From: Candidatus Rokuibacteriota bacterium
Lineage (GTDB): Bacteria > Methylomirabilota > Methylomirabilia > Rokubacteriales > CSP1-6
Assembly: GCA_016184305.1 (NCBI GenBank)
Contig: JACPCX010000177.1
Span: 1-63,207 of the forward strand
Direction: 5' to 3'
Length of the DNA: 63,207 nucleotides
Positions 38,237-48,371 of the stretch are shown piece after piece (within the stretch, counting starts at the first letter, position 1; each line of letters starts with the position of its first letter). The position numbers were made by a program, and so were the translations under genes. The notes below the pieces were generated by a model. It was not told the origin of the DNA. It ran no database searches and saw only the letters and a program-made list of their open reading frames with translations.

Positions 38237-39037
38237 TCAGGCGGCAGTGGCCATGGACATTTTCCGGAGACGCTGGAGCCCCAGCAGGGCCGCACCCAGC
38301 GCCGCCGTGAGGTGCGGGTTCTCGGGCACGTGGACCGGCACGCCCAGCTTCTCGCGCAGCGCCGCCACCATGCCCTCCTGGAGCGCCACGCCGCCGATGA
38401 GGGTGACGTCGCCGTCGAGCCCCACGCGCGTGAGCATCGACAGGGCTCGGTCCGCCAGCGAGTTGTGGATCCCGCGCAGGATGTTCTCCACCGACACGCC
38501 TTCGGAGATGTGGTTGATGATCTCCGACTCGGCCAGCACCGCGCAGACGCTGGAGATGGCCTGGGGCTTGCCCGCCCTGAGGGACATCGGCCCGATGTCC
38601 GCCACGGTGACCTCGAGGTACTTGGCCGCACGCTCGAGGAAGCCCCCGGACCCCGCGGCGCACTTCTCGTTCATGTGGAACTCCTTCACCTTCCCGCCCT
38701 CCCGCAGCTTGATCGCGCGCGAGCACTGCGCCCCGATGTCCAGCACGTATCGCGTGCTGGGGACCACGGTCGCGGCCCCCCGCGCCCCGCAGGTCAGGTC
38801 CGTGATCTGGATGTCCCGGAAGGACACCGCGTACCGGCCCAGCCCCGTGGTGGCGACGTAGGCCACCTCCTCGCTCGCCAGCCCCCCCTCGGCCTGGGCC
38901 GCGTCCAGCACCTCGCGCGCGACCTTCTCGAAGTCCGCCTTGGTCCGGATGGCGGCGCGGCCGCGCAACTGGCCGTCACCATCCACGATGACGCACTTCG
39001 TCGTTCCCGATCCGATGTCGATCCCGGCCACGAGCAT
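38237..39037 (-). CDS. Benzoyl-CoA reductase ATPase/activator subunit (BcrD/BzdP-like)
   Basis: GIDIGS, ATTGLGR, LDIGAQ, MNEKCAAGSG, SSVCAVLAESE. Confidence 0.85.
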   Translation of the reverse strand: MLVAGIDIGSGTTKCVIVDGDGQLRGRAAIRTKADFEKVAREVLDAAQAEGGLASEEVAYVATTGLGRYAVSFRDIQITDLTCGARGAATVVPSTRYVLDIGAQCSRAIKLREGGKVKEFHMNEKCAAGSGGFLERAAKYLEVTVADIGPMSLRAGKPQAISSVCAVLAESEIINHISEGVSVENILRGIHNSLADRALSMLTRVGLDGDVTLIGGVALQEGMVAALREKLGVPVHVPENPHLTAALGAALLGLQRLRKMSMATAA

Positions 39038-39039
39038 GG

Positions 39040-39849
39040 CTACGCCCTCCCCGCGGTTTCCGTTGCGGCGATCTCGGCACGCTCCAGCGCGAAGAGCGCG
39101 GCCCCCAGGGCCCCCATGAAGTGCCCCTGCTCGTGGACGTTTATCGAGCGGCCCAGCACTGCCTCGAGCCCCTTCACCATGCCGATATTTCGCGAGACCC
39201 CGCCCGTGAAGGTGATCTCCTCCTCCACACCCACGCGGCGCACCAGCGCCATGGTCCGCGTGGCGATGGCCTTGTGGACGCCGCCCAGGATGTCCTCCAC
39301 CGTCTTCCGCTGGGCGAGGTAGGACATGATGTCCGACTCGACGAACACCGTGCAGACCGACGTCAGCCGCACGGGGTTCTTGGCCCGGAGCGAGATCGGG
39401 CCGATCTCGTCGAGCCCCATGCCGGTCACCTCGGCCGCCGCCGACAGGAAGCGCCCCGTTCCGGCGGCGCACTTGTCGTTCATGGAAAAGTCCATGACCG
39501 AGCCGTCGGGGCCGACCTTGATCGCCTTCGTGTCCTGGCCGCCCATGTCGATCACGGTGCGCGTGCGCGGGAAGATCGAGTGCGCCCCGCGGGCGTGGCA
39601 GGTGATCTCGGTAATCTGGGCGTCGCCGAAGGTGACCTTGTACCGGCCGTACCCCGTGCCGACGACGTACCCCACGGCCTCGCGGGGCAGCCCCGCCGCC
39701 TTGCAGGCCTCGACGAAGGCGTTCTCGCCGGCCCTGGTCACGTTCGCTCCGGTGGGGATCAACGATCGGGCCACGATGGACCGGGACTCATCCAGAATCA
39801 CCGCCTTCGTCTGGGTCGAGCCGACATCGACTCCCGCGCCGAAAATCAT
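39040..39849 (-). CDS. Benzoyl-CoA reductase ATPase/activator subunit (BzdQ/BcrA-like, short form)
   Basis: [45 protein letters not shown]. Confidence 0.88.
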   Translation of the reverse strand: MIFGAGVDVGSTQTKAVILDESRSIVARSLIPTGANVTRAGENAFVEACKAAGLPREAVGYVVGTGYGRYKVTFGDAQITEITCHARGAHSIFPRTRTVIDMGGQDTKAIKVGPDGSVMDFSMNDKCAAGTGRFLSAAAEVTGMGLDEIGPISLRAKNPVRLTSVCTVFVESDIMSYLAQRKTVEDILGGVHKAIATRTMALVRRVGVEEEITFTGGVSRNIGMVKGLEAVLGRSINVHEQGHFMGALGAALFALERAEIAATETAGRA

Positions 39850-40724
39850 GAAGTCCTCCTCCGAAGCGTGAGATTCGCCAGCGTGATCGGCCGGAGCTGG
39901 CCGGCCGTCAGGATCAGCTCGGACTTGGCGTAGACCTGGCTGGCGATCATCAGGATCGCGGCCAGCCCGACAGCGGCCGGCCCCGTGGACGGGACGGTCA
40001 GCGCCAGCGTGCCGAGCAGGAGCGGCGCCAGGTAGCCCGCCGCGAGAATGAAGGCGCCCGCCCGCCCCCCCCTGAGCTCGGCCGTGGAGCGGACGAACGC
40101 GGGGCCCCCGGGCCAGGCGACGAAGCCGCGCCACACCAGCAGACCCGCCACCACCGCCACCAGCGTGGCGAACAGAAAGGCGCCGTCCGGCGACCGGCCA
40201 GCTCCCGCCTCCACCAGGATCAGCAGGCCCGCCCCCGAGATGATGGCCGACAGCAGAAAGACCAGCGGCATCAGCGGGACGTCCCACGCGGCGATGCCAC
40301 GGGCGTGCCGAAGGATGAACCCTTGGGCCAGGCAGAGCCCGATGGCGGCCGCCGCCGCCGGGTAGCGATGCCATGCGAACGGGAAGATGACCTCGGCCGA
40401 GGCCAGCGCCATGAAGATACCGCCCACCCACAGCTCCCGCGACATCCACGAGGTTCGGAGGCGGCTGAGAACACGCGGGCCGCGCAACGGGCGCCCGGCC
40501 TCGGTGGCCACGGCGATGAACCCCGCCAGGACCAGGGCCGGCCCGAGCCAGGAGGCCACCTTGAGGACTCCGGGGCCACCCAGCCAGACTTCCACGAGGG
40601 CCGCCAAGTAGAGGCCGGCGCCGAGACCCCCGAGGGCGAAGTTGATGACCGCAGGCTTGCCCCAGAGCGTCTGGGGCGTGGCGGGGATCAGCTCCACGGT
40701 GCGCGCAGTCGAGACCGTGCTCAT
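39846..40724 (-). CDS. padD: NrfD/DmsC-type membrane anchor (PadD-like)
   Basis: [25 protein letters not shown], about 8 TM. Confidence 0.8.
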   Translation of the reverse strand: MSTVSTARTVELIPATPQTLWGKPAVINFALGGLGAGLYLAALVEVWLGGPGVLKVASWLGPALVLAGFIAVATEAGRPLRGPRVLSRLRTSWMSRELWVGGIFMALASAEVIFPFAWHRYPAAAAAIGLCLAQGFILRHARGIAAWDVPLMPLVFLLSAIISGAGLLILVEAGAGRSPDGAFLFATLVAVVAGLLVWRGFVAWPGGPAFVRSTAELRGGRAGAFILAAGYLAPLLLGTLALTVPSTGPAAVGLAAILMIASQVYAKSELILTAGQLRPITLANLTLRRRTS

Positions 40725-40727
40725 GGC

Positions 40728-41363
40728 TCACTCCACCACGTAGAAGACGGACGGCTCGGTGCCGCACTCGGGCAGGAGCGGCTGCGCCTTCGTCTTGGCC
40801 CGCAGCCTGGCCACGGGGCTCTTGGGATCGTCCAGGTCGCCGAACGTGATCACGTTGGCGATGCAGGCGACGGCGCACATGGGCGTGGCCTCCTGGTCGA
40901 TCCCCGGCGTGAGCCCCTGCGCCCGCCCGCCATCCACCCGCTCCTTGCAGAAGTTGCACTTGGTCATGACGCCGACCCGCTCGGGCTGGGCCGTCGCCCG
41001 CTCCGGCGGCGTGAGGGCGTCGAAGTAGCCACGCGCCTCATGGATGAGGTGCCGCGCGTGGTAGGGGCAGGCCACGGCGCAGTAGCCGCAGCCGACGCAG
41101 GCCCCGTACTCCACCCAGACAATGCCGTCCTCGCGCTGGCGCGAGGCGCCCGTGGGGCACACGGGCACGCATGGCGGGTCGGCGCAGTGCATGCACTGCA
41201 TGGGAAGGAAGAGCCGCCTCACGTCCGGATACTCGCCGACCTCGCAGTCGGCGACGAAGCGCCACACCTGGCCGGCCGGCAGGCCGTGCTCCTGCATGCA
41301 GGCGATCGTGCAGGTCTGGCAACCCACGCAGCGTCTGACGTCGATCACCATGCCCCAGCGCAT
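40728..41363 (-). CDS. padC: 4x[4Fe-4S] electron-transfer subunit (PadC-like)
   Basis: [44 protein letters not shown]. Confidence 0.85.
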   Translation of the reverse strand: MRWGMVIDVRRCVGCQTCTIACMQEHGLPAGQVWRFVADCEVGEYPDVRRLFLPMQCMHCADPPCVPVCPTGASRQREDGIVWVEYGACVGCGYCAVACPYHARHLIHEARGYFDALTPPERATAQPERVGVMTKCNFCKERVDGGRAQGLTPGIDQEATPMCAVACIANVITFGDLDDPKSPVARLRAKTKAQPLLPECGTEPSVFYVVE

Positions 41364-44098
41364 CACGCCCTCCTTACCGTTACGGGCACCAGGTCGGCCC
41401 CGCTGCCCGTGGCGTCGGTGAGCGCGAGGTCCATGCTTTCCACCTGATTGAGGTTCGGCATGCCGAGGTCGCGGGCGAAGGGCGTGGCCCAGTGTCCGAA
41501 CTGCTGCAGGATCACGACGACATCTGGCCGGACGCCTTCCCGCAGGATCGCGAGCCCCTGGGTCTTGCCGGTGGGCGACTCGACATCCACCAGGTCGCCG
41601 TTCGCGATGCCAAGCCGCGTCGCCGCTCCCCGGTTCAGCATGACGCCGAAGTGGCCCTTCACGTGCCGCGCCACGTCGGCCAGGATCGGGAGCGAGACGT
41701 TGGCGCCCCAGGAGTACTGCATGCTCCGGCTCGTCAGGAGCCAGAAGGGGAAGTCCGCGGCGCTCTTCCCACGCAACACCGCCGTCTGCTGCCAGATGCC
41801 GGGGAAGTCCTTCCACTTGGGCAGCGGCTGGTACTCGTCGAGCTGCACGTCCCACCACTTGATGCCTCGCTCGTGCAGCCGCGCCGACAGCTCCTCGCCG
41901 ATGCGCTTGATGCGCTCCTGGTAGGGCATCTCGTAGCGCAGCCCCTGGGCCAACATGGTCGTGTGCAGGAAGTACTGCCGCATGGAGAACGGCACGAAGA
42001 AGGCGCCGTTGCGCTTGAACCAATCCAGGTCCAGCTCCACCCGGCCGTCCGTGAGGGCGCCTGTCGCCGCGCGGCATACCCGGTCCCAGATCTCGGTGGC
42101 GGCGGGCCTGTCACCGGGTTTGAACGAGTGGTCGTACCCCTTGTCGCGCAGCGGGATCGTCGTCCCCGCCCCGCGGTTCACCGCCTCGAGATAGCCGTCC
42201 AGGATGCCGACACGGTCAGCCAGCTCGGTGGCCACGTCCGTCAGATCGCGCGTGTCGAATGGCGTGGCGGCCACCGGCTGGCGGAGGGCCCAGCCCAAGT
42301 GGTGCCAGTACTGCTCCTGGTACTTGGTGCCGCCGATGCGGTAGAGCTGCAGCGACTCGATGTCGCTGGCGTCCGGGAGGAGCAGGTCCGCGTACCAGTT
42401 GGTCTCGTCCTGCGTATAGGCGAAGGCCGCCACGAACGGGAAGCGCTCCAGCTCGCGCTCGATGCGGCCGGTTTCCCAGCTCGACACCGCGGGATTGGTC
42501 CGGTAGATGATCCACACCTCCGGCAGCGTGGGCGCCGGCCAGCGCTCGGGTGCGGCGTCCTTGTCGAGAAAGAGCCACGGCAGGTGCGCGGGGCCCAGTG
42601 CCGGCGACCAGGGCGAGTTGTTCGCCAGCGGGACCAGCGTCCGGTAGGCGTTCCGGATATGCGGCGAGCCCTTCCAGCCCTCGCGGGTCGTGGCGTTGGT
42701 CGACTGCTCCATGAAGCCGTCGGGCCCCGGCCGAACGGAGTCGTGGCGATTCTGGGCGGGGCGGTTGAGCCGCACCGCCGTGCCCAGGATCCCGCCGGGC
42801 ACCTCGAGGGCGCCCACGAGAGCCGCCAGCAGGGTGCGAGCCCAGCAGGCCTCGTAGGCGCCCCAGCCGTTCGAGACGGTCTTGCCGAGCAGGATGGCCA
42901 CGGGGCGGTGCGGGTACGTGACGCCCTCGATCTCGATGGTGGCGCCCACGTGGGCGTGGCGCAGGTAGGCCGCCGCCAGGCGGCGGATCGTCTCCGCGGG
43001 CACATCCGCGATCTCCGCGGCCCACTCGGGCGTGTACGGCGTGACGTGCTCGATCAGCAGCCCGAAAGCCGGCCGCACCCGCTGGCTGACGCTGATGACG
43101 GCCTCGTCCGCCCCCACCTCGACGCCGGCCGCCAGGTACTCGCCCTCCATCGCCGGGCGCCTGCACCGCGGGTCGTCGAAGGGCACGGTGCGCTCCCGGT
43201 CCAGGTCCCACACGAGCGGCTTCCTCGTGGCCGGGTCCCTGAGGAAGTACCCTCCCGGCCCCACGAGGTAGGGCGAGCTCGTCATGTTCGTGAGGAACGG
43301 CACGTCGCAGACGCTCCGCCAGTCGTGTTCTACCAGGATCGCGTGCAGGAGGGCGAAGAGCACGGCGGCATCGGTTTTCGGCCGGATGGGCACCCACTCG
43401 ACAGCGCCCGCCCCCGTGATGCTCAGGTGCGGCTCCAGCTGCACCCACTGCAGCCCCCGTACCCGCGCCTCGGAGTGCCGGTAGACGCCGGTGACGCCGC
43501 CCGAGGCATCCCCGTTGTTGCCGAAGGACAGCACGAAGTCGCAGCGGGGCACGTCCGCGGCCACGATGAAGGCGCGGTGCCAGAACTCGCCGTACAGGTG
43601 CTCGGAGTGATAGCACTTGACGCCCTGGCCGCTGCCGATCCCCTGGTCCACCGGTCCCCAGGCGGAGAGGAATGCGGCCATCGTGCCGAGGAAGGCCGGC
43701 GCGATGCCACCCGCCCCGAAGGTCACCGCCAGCCGCGGGTAGCCCGCCTCATCCACGAGCCCCTTGGCGCGCAGCGCCGAGAGCCGCCCCCCGAGCATGT
43801 CGAACGCCTCGTCCCAGGAGATAGGCTCCCACCCCGGGTCCTCGCTCCGCCCCTTGCGGGGATTGGTGCGGCGCATGGGCGTGCGGATCCGGCCTGGGTT
43901 GTAGAGCTTCTGGATGAGCCCGTAGGCGCGGACACAGACCTTCCCGCACGCCGGGTGCTGCTCGGCGAAGTCGCTGTTGGGCTCGACGCCGATGGCGACG
44001 CCGTCCTTGACGATCACCTTCAGGAGATCAGGGCCCGCCACGCACTGGTAGCAGTAGACCGGGACCTTCTCGATCGTCGCTCCGTTGGTCGCTGCCAT
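41363..44098 (-). CDS. padB: Molybdopterin oxidoreductase, phenylacetyl-CoA:acceptor oxidoreductase large subunit
   Basis: YCYQCVAGPDLLKV, CVRAYGLIQKLYNP, KCYHSEHLYGEFWHR. No Tat signal. pad gene context. Confidence 0.85.
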   Translation of the reverse strand: MAATNGATIEKVPVYCYQCVAGPDLLKVIVKDGVAIGVEPNSDFAEQHPACGKVCVRAYGLIQKLYNPGRIRTPMRRTNPRKGRSEDPGWEPISWDEAFDMLGGRLSALRAKGLVDEAGYPRLAVTFGAGGIAPAFLGTMAAFLSAWGPVDQGIGSGQGVKCYHSEHLYGEFWHRAFIVAADVPRCDFVLSFGNNGDASGGVTGVYRHSEARVRGLQWVQLEPHLSITGAGAVEWVPIRPKTDAAVLFALLHAILVEHDWRSVCDVPFLTNMTSSPYLVGPGGYFLRDPATRKPLVWDLDRERTVPFDDPRCRRPAMEGEYLAAGVEVGADEAVISVSQRVRPAFGLLIEHVTPYTPEWAAEIADVPAETIRRLAAAYLRHAHVGATIEIEGVTYPHRPVAILLGKTVSNGWGAYEACWARTLLAALVGALEVPGGILGTAVRLNRPAQNRHDSVRPGPDGFMEQSTNATTREGWKGSPHIRNAYRTLVPLANNSPWSPALGPAHLPWLFLDKDAAPERWPAPTLPEVWIIYRTNPAVSSWETGRIERELERFPFVAAFAYTQDETNWYADLLLPDASDIESLQLYRIGGTKYQEQYWHHLGWALRQPVAATPFDTRDLTDVATELADRVGILDGYLEAVNRGAGTTIPLRDKGYDHSFKPGDRPAATEIWDRVCRAATGALTDGRVELDLDWFKRNGAFFVPFSMRQYFLHTTMLAQGLRYEMPYQERIKRIGEELSARLHERGIKWWDVQLDEYQPLPKWKDFPGIWQQTAVLRGKSAADFPFWLLTSRSMQYSWGANVSLPILADVARHVKGHFGVMLNRGAATRLGIANGDLVDVESPTGKTQGLAILREGVRPDVVVILQQFGHWATPFARDLGMPNLNQVESMDLALTDATGSGADLVPVTVRRA

Positions 44099-44130
44099 GG
44101 GTGGCTTCTCCTTACCGCATCAATACCGCA

Positions 44131-45399
44131 TCAATGGGCGGCGGCGACGAGCTTCTTGTGCTCCAGCGACTCGAAGAACGCGTCGATACGGTTCCTGATC
44201 TGCGCCTCGGCGTAGTAACGCGGATCCTCGAGATCGGACTCGACCATCAGGGTGGGCACACCCAGGTCCCGCGTGAAGTACTCCCGCATATCCCCCTGCC
44301 CCGCCGAGAAGAGCCGGCAGGACTTGATGGAGTGGATGACGAGGGCGTCGGCCTTCCACTCCTCCACGTAACGCTTGATCTGGGCGTAGCGCGTCACGAT
44401 CGAGCGGTTCGTGAGGTTCTCGCGGAGCATCTGCTCGGCGATGGACTCCAGCGGCCGCCTGGGGTCGTGCCGGAAGCCGAATTCCCAGATGCCGCCCACC
44501 GTGGAGTACGTGGAGGCCACCCCGACGGCCCCCCACTTGGAGAACAGGTTGCGGAAGCTCTTGTAGAAGGGGTACGGCGGAGGCCCCTCCACCACCGTGC
44601 GGAAGCGCTCCTCCGACAGGGGCCCGAGCCCCTGCGCCACCAGCCCCTCGAACTCCTTCACGGCCGTGTCGAAGAAGTCCGCGGCCTCGCGGGTCCCGCG
44701 GAGCACATTGATGGGCCCCATCATGTTGATCGCGTCGAAGTAGGCGTCGAAGGGCGCCGGGTGATGCTTGCAGAGCTCCTTGGCGCGGGCGTAGCCCTCT
44801 TCCGCCCGCGCGGCGTGGGCCAGGATCTCGCGCAGCTCGTCGATGTCGAACTTCTTCCCCGACACGCTCTCGCAGAGCGCGATGAGCTCCTTGAGCTGCG
44901 CGGTGACGTAGCGGATGTCCTGCTCGGTGGGCTCCGCCGTGCGGGCGAAGGGGACATCCAGCATGAAGAGCTTGGACCCGCTGATGTCGGCCAGGTGCTC
45001 GAACCACTTCACGTAGACGTTGCAGCCGACGTAGTTGCACACGGTGATCGTCGGGAACGGGATCGGCTTGCCCGGCCCCATGCCGCCGTCGAGGAACAGG
45101 CCGATGTCGGCCTTGACGTAGGCGCAGTTGTCGCTGGAGTAGCCGGCCTGCTCGGCCTTGAGGATCAGCGGCAGCGACTTCTTGCGGATGGCGGCCTGGA
45201 GCGCCGTGACCTCGGGGAACATCGGCAGCACGTGGCAGGCGCGGAGCAGCTCCACGCAGTTCCCGGAGATCATCAGCGCGCCGGTGGGCACCCCCTCGGC
45301 CTCCGCCCGCCCCAGCTCCTCCATCCACGCGGACATGAGCTGACGCGACACCGCGTGGACCTGCCCCTGGTACTGCCGTTCCGTCACTTGCGCCGGCAT
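44131..45399 (-). CDS. Benzoyl-CoA reductase / 2-hydroxyacyl-CoA dehydratase family subunit (BcrB/BzdO-like)
   Basis: FPEVTA, DNCAYVKADIG, GCNVYVKWFE, IKSCR, ESDLEDPRY. Confidence 0.88.
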   Translation of the reverse strand: MPAQVTERQYQGQVHAVSRQLMSAWMEELGRAEAEGVPTGALMISGNCVELLRACHVLPMFPEVTALQAAIRKKSLPLILKAEQAGYSSDNCAYVKADIGLFLDGGMGPGKPIPFPTITVCNYVGCNVYVKWFEHLADISGSKLFMLDVPFARTAEPTEQDIRYVTAQLKELIALCESVSGKKFDIDELREILAHAARAEEGYARAKELCKHHPAPFDAYFDAINMMGPINVLRGTREAADFFDTAVKEFEGLVAQGLGPLSEERFRTVVEGPPPYPFYKSFRNLFSKWGAVGVASTYSTVGGIWEFGFRHDPRRPLESIAEQMLRENLTNRSIVTRYAQIKRYVEEWKADALVIHSIKSCRLFSAGQGDMREYFTRDLGVPTLMVESDLEDPRYYAEAQIRNRIDAFFESLEHKKLVAAAH

Positions 45400-45429
45400 C
45401 GTTTGGCCTCCCTGGGTCGCCGCGTCAGG

Positions 45430-45497
45430 CCGGGCTCGCTCCGCTCGCCAACCTCTTCCATATTTCGCTCGCCTCGCCTTCGGCTGCGGCTCGCCAA
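45430..45497. repeat. Intergenic GCTCGC-rich REP-like element
   Basis: Repeated GCTCGC/CCTCGC units. Similar GGCGAGC(CGAGCC) motifs occur at about 20114-20160 and 47582-47642. Confidence 0.4.
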
Positions 45498-46652
45498 TCA
45501 ATCGAACATCATGGATTCGACGAAGGTCTCGATCTCGTTGCGGGTGCGCTCGAAGGTCCACATCTTCTCCTCGAACTCCACGAGCATGTGGGGGATCCCC
45601 GCAAGCTCCAGCCCCTGCCTCATCAGCACGTAGTCGAAGAGCGCCGGCTCGCAGAACTTGGCCGGCATGAAGATCACGGCCTGCGCATTCGCCCGGCGTA
45701 CCTTCTCGATGAGCCCGACGGAGCGATGCTCCCGGCCCTCGTGCCGCGTCGAGGAGGGCACCGCCTGGTTCACGTAGGCCGCCCCCAGCCGATCGTAGGG
45801 ATCGCCCTCGCCCGCCACGTCGCCGGTTATCCAGCGCCAGCCGAGCAGCAGGTCGTCCTCGACCACGTAGCAGCCCGCGTCCTCCAGGACCTCGAGAAGC
45901 CCGATGGGGGGCTGCTCGCAGAAGGCGCCCTCGATCACGACCCGCAGCCGGTCCCGGGGCCGGGCACTGCGCCGCGGCAGCTCCGCCAGCAGCGTGTCGA
46001 GCGAGGGTATAGCCTCCTCGGGCGGCACGAGGGTCGCGGCGCGGAGCACCACGTACAGATCCACGGTGGACAGCTTCTGAGGCTCCGCGATCCGGAAGGC
46101 GTAGAACGCCCGCAGCCGCGCCCTGAGGGCATTGTAGACGTCGATGCTCTTGCCGAGGGCCATCGGCGTGACGCCGAGCCCGAGGGCCTTCTCGGCCGCT
46201 GCGGCCAGCCGGCGCAGCTCGCTGGCGCAGTAGACCGCCACGGACGCGGAGGTGGAGTTTTGCGGCAGGTGCAGGTACTCCACGAACACGTCCTGGAAGT
46301 TCCGCTGGTAGATGCTGCTGAGGTTGCGGGCCACGTCGCAGATGTTCGAGTAGACGAAGCCGTCCACCCCCTTGACCAGCCCCTGAAAGCCCAGCTCGAG
46401 CGTGGACTTCGCGATGGAGCAGACGAAGGACTGGAAGCGCGCGTCCGCGTGGGTCAGCTCCACCGAGGTGCCGCCGCCGAGGAGTGACAGCGGGAGCATC
46501 CCCGCCGCGTGGATGACCTCGGCCGGCGCCCACACGGGGTAGACCGCGACGACCTTCCCGCCCGGGTGCTGGCTTTTCCACTGCTCGGCCACGGCGCCCA
46601 GCGGCTGGGTCACGAGATCACGGCAACGCTCGATGATCGCCTCGGCGGTCAT
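45498..46652 (-). CDS. Benzoyl-CoA reductase / 2-hydroxyacyl-CoA dehydratase family subunit (BcrC/BzdN-like)
   Basis: PAEVIHAAG, QSFVCSI, ICDVARNL, GAFCEQPP, KFCEPAL. Confidence 0.88.
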   Translation of the reverse strand: MTAEAIIERCRDLVTQPLGAVAEQWKSQHPGGKVVAVYPVWAPAEVIHAAGMLPLSLLGGGTSVELTHADARFQSFVCSIAKSTLELGFQGLVKGVDGFVYSNICDVARNLSSIYQRNFQDVFVEYLHLPQNSTSASVAVYCASELRRLAAAAEKALGLGVTPMALGKSIDVYNALRARLRAFYAFRIAEPQKLSTVDLYVVLRAATLVPPEEAIPSLDTLLAELPRRSARPRDRLRVVIEGAFCEQPPIGLLEVLEDAGCYVVEDDLLLGWRWITGDVAGEGDPYDRLGAAYVNQAVPSSTRHEGREHRSVGLIEKVRRANAQAVIFMPAKFCEPALFDYVLMRQGLELAGIPHMLVEFEEKMWTFERTRNEIETFVESMMFD

Positions 46653-47275
46653 GCTGGCCTCCTCAGGCCGCTCTCGCTCTCGGGAGCCCCCTCCCGGTCC
46701 GCGGAACGCTCAAGAAATCCGTACAGGAACAGTCCCCCGACCTGGGCCGCGAGGGTCCGCGCGTCTTCGGCGGAGCGCAGGAAAGGCCGGGTGGCGATGC
46801 CGTTGAGCATGCCGAGCAGCAGGTTCGTGGCAGACAGGAGCTCGTCGCCGGAGCGGCCATACGGATCCAGCTCGCGCAGGACACCCAGCCCCCGGAGCAG
46901 ATACGACTGCCGCTTCGTGGCGATCTCCGAGCGCTGCGGCTCGGGCAGCAGATCGTAGTCCCGGTTGATGATCTTGAGCGCCTGCGCGTGGTGGAAGCCG
47001 AAGCCGAGGTGGGTCTGGAGCAGTGCGAGAAGCCGCCCCTCCGGGCTGCGCGCCTCGACCAGCGCAGCGTCGAGACTCGCGATCAGGCGGTCGAGAGAGC
47101 GGTCGAGCACCATGAACAGGAGCTCGTCCTTGCCGCCGACATAGTGATAGAGCCCGGCCAGCGACAGCCCGGCGGCGCGCGCGATCTCCCTGATCGACGC
47201 CTGGTGGAATCCGCGGCGCGCGATCACATCGGCCGCCCCTTTCAGGATCCCCTCGTACCGCTCCCCGATCGCCAT
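46649..47275 (-). CDS. TetR/AcrR family regulator heading the aromatic gene run
   Basis: RGFHQASIREIARAAGLSLAGLYHY..KDELL. GGAGG RBS before the ATG at 47275. Confidence 0.92.
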   Translation of the reverse strand: MAIGERYEGILKGAADVIARRGFHQASIREIARAAGLSLAGLYHYVGGKDELLFMVLDRSLDRLIASLDAALVEARSPEGRLLALLQTHLGFGFHHAQALKIINRDYDLLPEPQRSEIATKRQSYLLRGLGVLRELDPYGRSGDELLSATNLLLGMLNGIATRPFLRSAEDARTLAAQVGGLFLYGFLERSADREGAPESESGLRRPA

Positions 47276-47376
47276 TCCGAACCTCCACCCGGTCAGTGTC
47301 CCGTTCAACTGTTCGGTTGGCGCTTATAGTAGGGCGTTCTTGCGGAGGCTGAAATGCTGAGCCTGCCTCATTTATC

Positions 47377-47392
47377 TAGTGCGTTTGCACTA
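47377..47392. promoter_or_regulatory. Palindromic operator upstream of the aromatic gene run
   Basis: TAGTGC-GTTT-GCACTA in an AT-rich patch. Confidence 0.55.
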
Positions 47393-47495
47393 TTTAGTCA
47401 TGTCTTGGAGGGCCCGTGGAGTCTCGGATACTGACGAAAGGCTCGACGTTCAGGTCAGGAGAGAAGGGCTGACCAAACTTCCGCAGTTGGGCTAA

Positions 47496-47702
47496 CAGCG
47501 TGCTGAAAAACTCGCAGGCGGCTCAAAAAGGTCCAGATGCGAGGCGGGGCCAGACGGCCGCACGCGAGGCGCACTCCGCTTGGCGAGCCGAGCCGGAGGT
47601 GAGGTGAGCGGATCCGAAGATCCGGGCGAGCGTGAGCGAGCCACGTCGAGCTTGCGGCCGAGGGCGCCGTACCTCCGCAGATGGGCCTTTTTCAGCGGCC
47701 TG
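47496..47702. mobile_element. MITE-like non-autonomous element with terminal inverted repeats
   Basis: Left CAGCGTGCTGAAAAA and inner CAGGCGGCTCAAAAAGGTCCAGATGCG both match the reverse complement of the right end, CAGGCCGCTGAAAAAGGCCCATCTGCG. Flanked by CTAA / CTAG. Confidence 0.65.
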
Positions 47703-48338
47703 CTAGAGGAGCCGCCGATGGTTGGCATACGCCACGGCCTCGAGGCGGCTGTGTACACCCATCTTCCCGAAGATGTTCTGGACGTGATTCCTCACCGTGG
47801 CGGGGCTCACGTGCAGGCGCTCCGCCAGAATCTTGGTCCGGGCGCCGCCGGCCAGGAGCCGCAGGATCTCGAGCTCCCGGCGCGTGAGCGGGACCGCGGC
47901 CTGGTCGCCGTCCACCGGCGCCGACAGCCGCTCGTGGACCAGGGCCAGGAGCTCCTTGGAGGCGGTGACGTCGCGGAACATGTGGATCACCATGCCATAG
48001 GGCACGCGGTCCCCGGGCATGACCAGCACGCTGATGTTGAGCCACACGGGGCGCCCCGCCTTCGTCCGGGTCCGCATGTCGAAGTTCTGGATCGACTCCC
48101 CGAGCTTCACGAGCGTCATGACGTGACAGCCCTGGTAGCAGAGCCGGTTGCCCTTGTCGTCCTGCCCGACGAAGACGTCACAGCAGAGGCGCCCGATCGC
48201 CTCCCGAGTCGAGTACCCGAGAATCCTCTCGGCGGCGCGGTTCCAGAGAACGACGCGCCCGTCGCCCCCGATGGCGAAGGCTCCGTCGCCGGCCCGCGCC
48301 AGCGCCTGATCGAGGTCGGTCGGCTCATGATCACGCAT
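47703..48338 (-). CDS. PAS + LuxR HTH regulator
   Basis: WNRAAERILGY..CCDVF..CYQGCH and LTRRELEIL..SPATVRNHVQNI. Confidence 0.92.
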   Translation of the reverse strand: MRDHEPTDLDQALARAGDGAFAIGGDGRVVLWNRAAERILGYSTREAIGRLCCDVFVGQDDKGNRLCYQGCHVMTLVKLGESIQNFDMRTRTKAGRPVWLNISVLVMPGDRVPYGMVIHMFRDVTASKELLALVHERLSAPVDGDQAAVPLTRRELEILRLLAGGARTKILAERLHVSPATVRNHVQNIFGKMGVHSRLEAVAYANHRRLL

Positions 48339-48371
48339 GCTGTGCTCCCTTCCGTCTCCCGTCCGCGTCGG

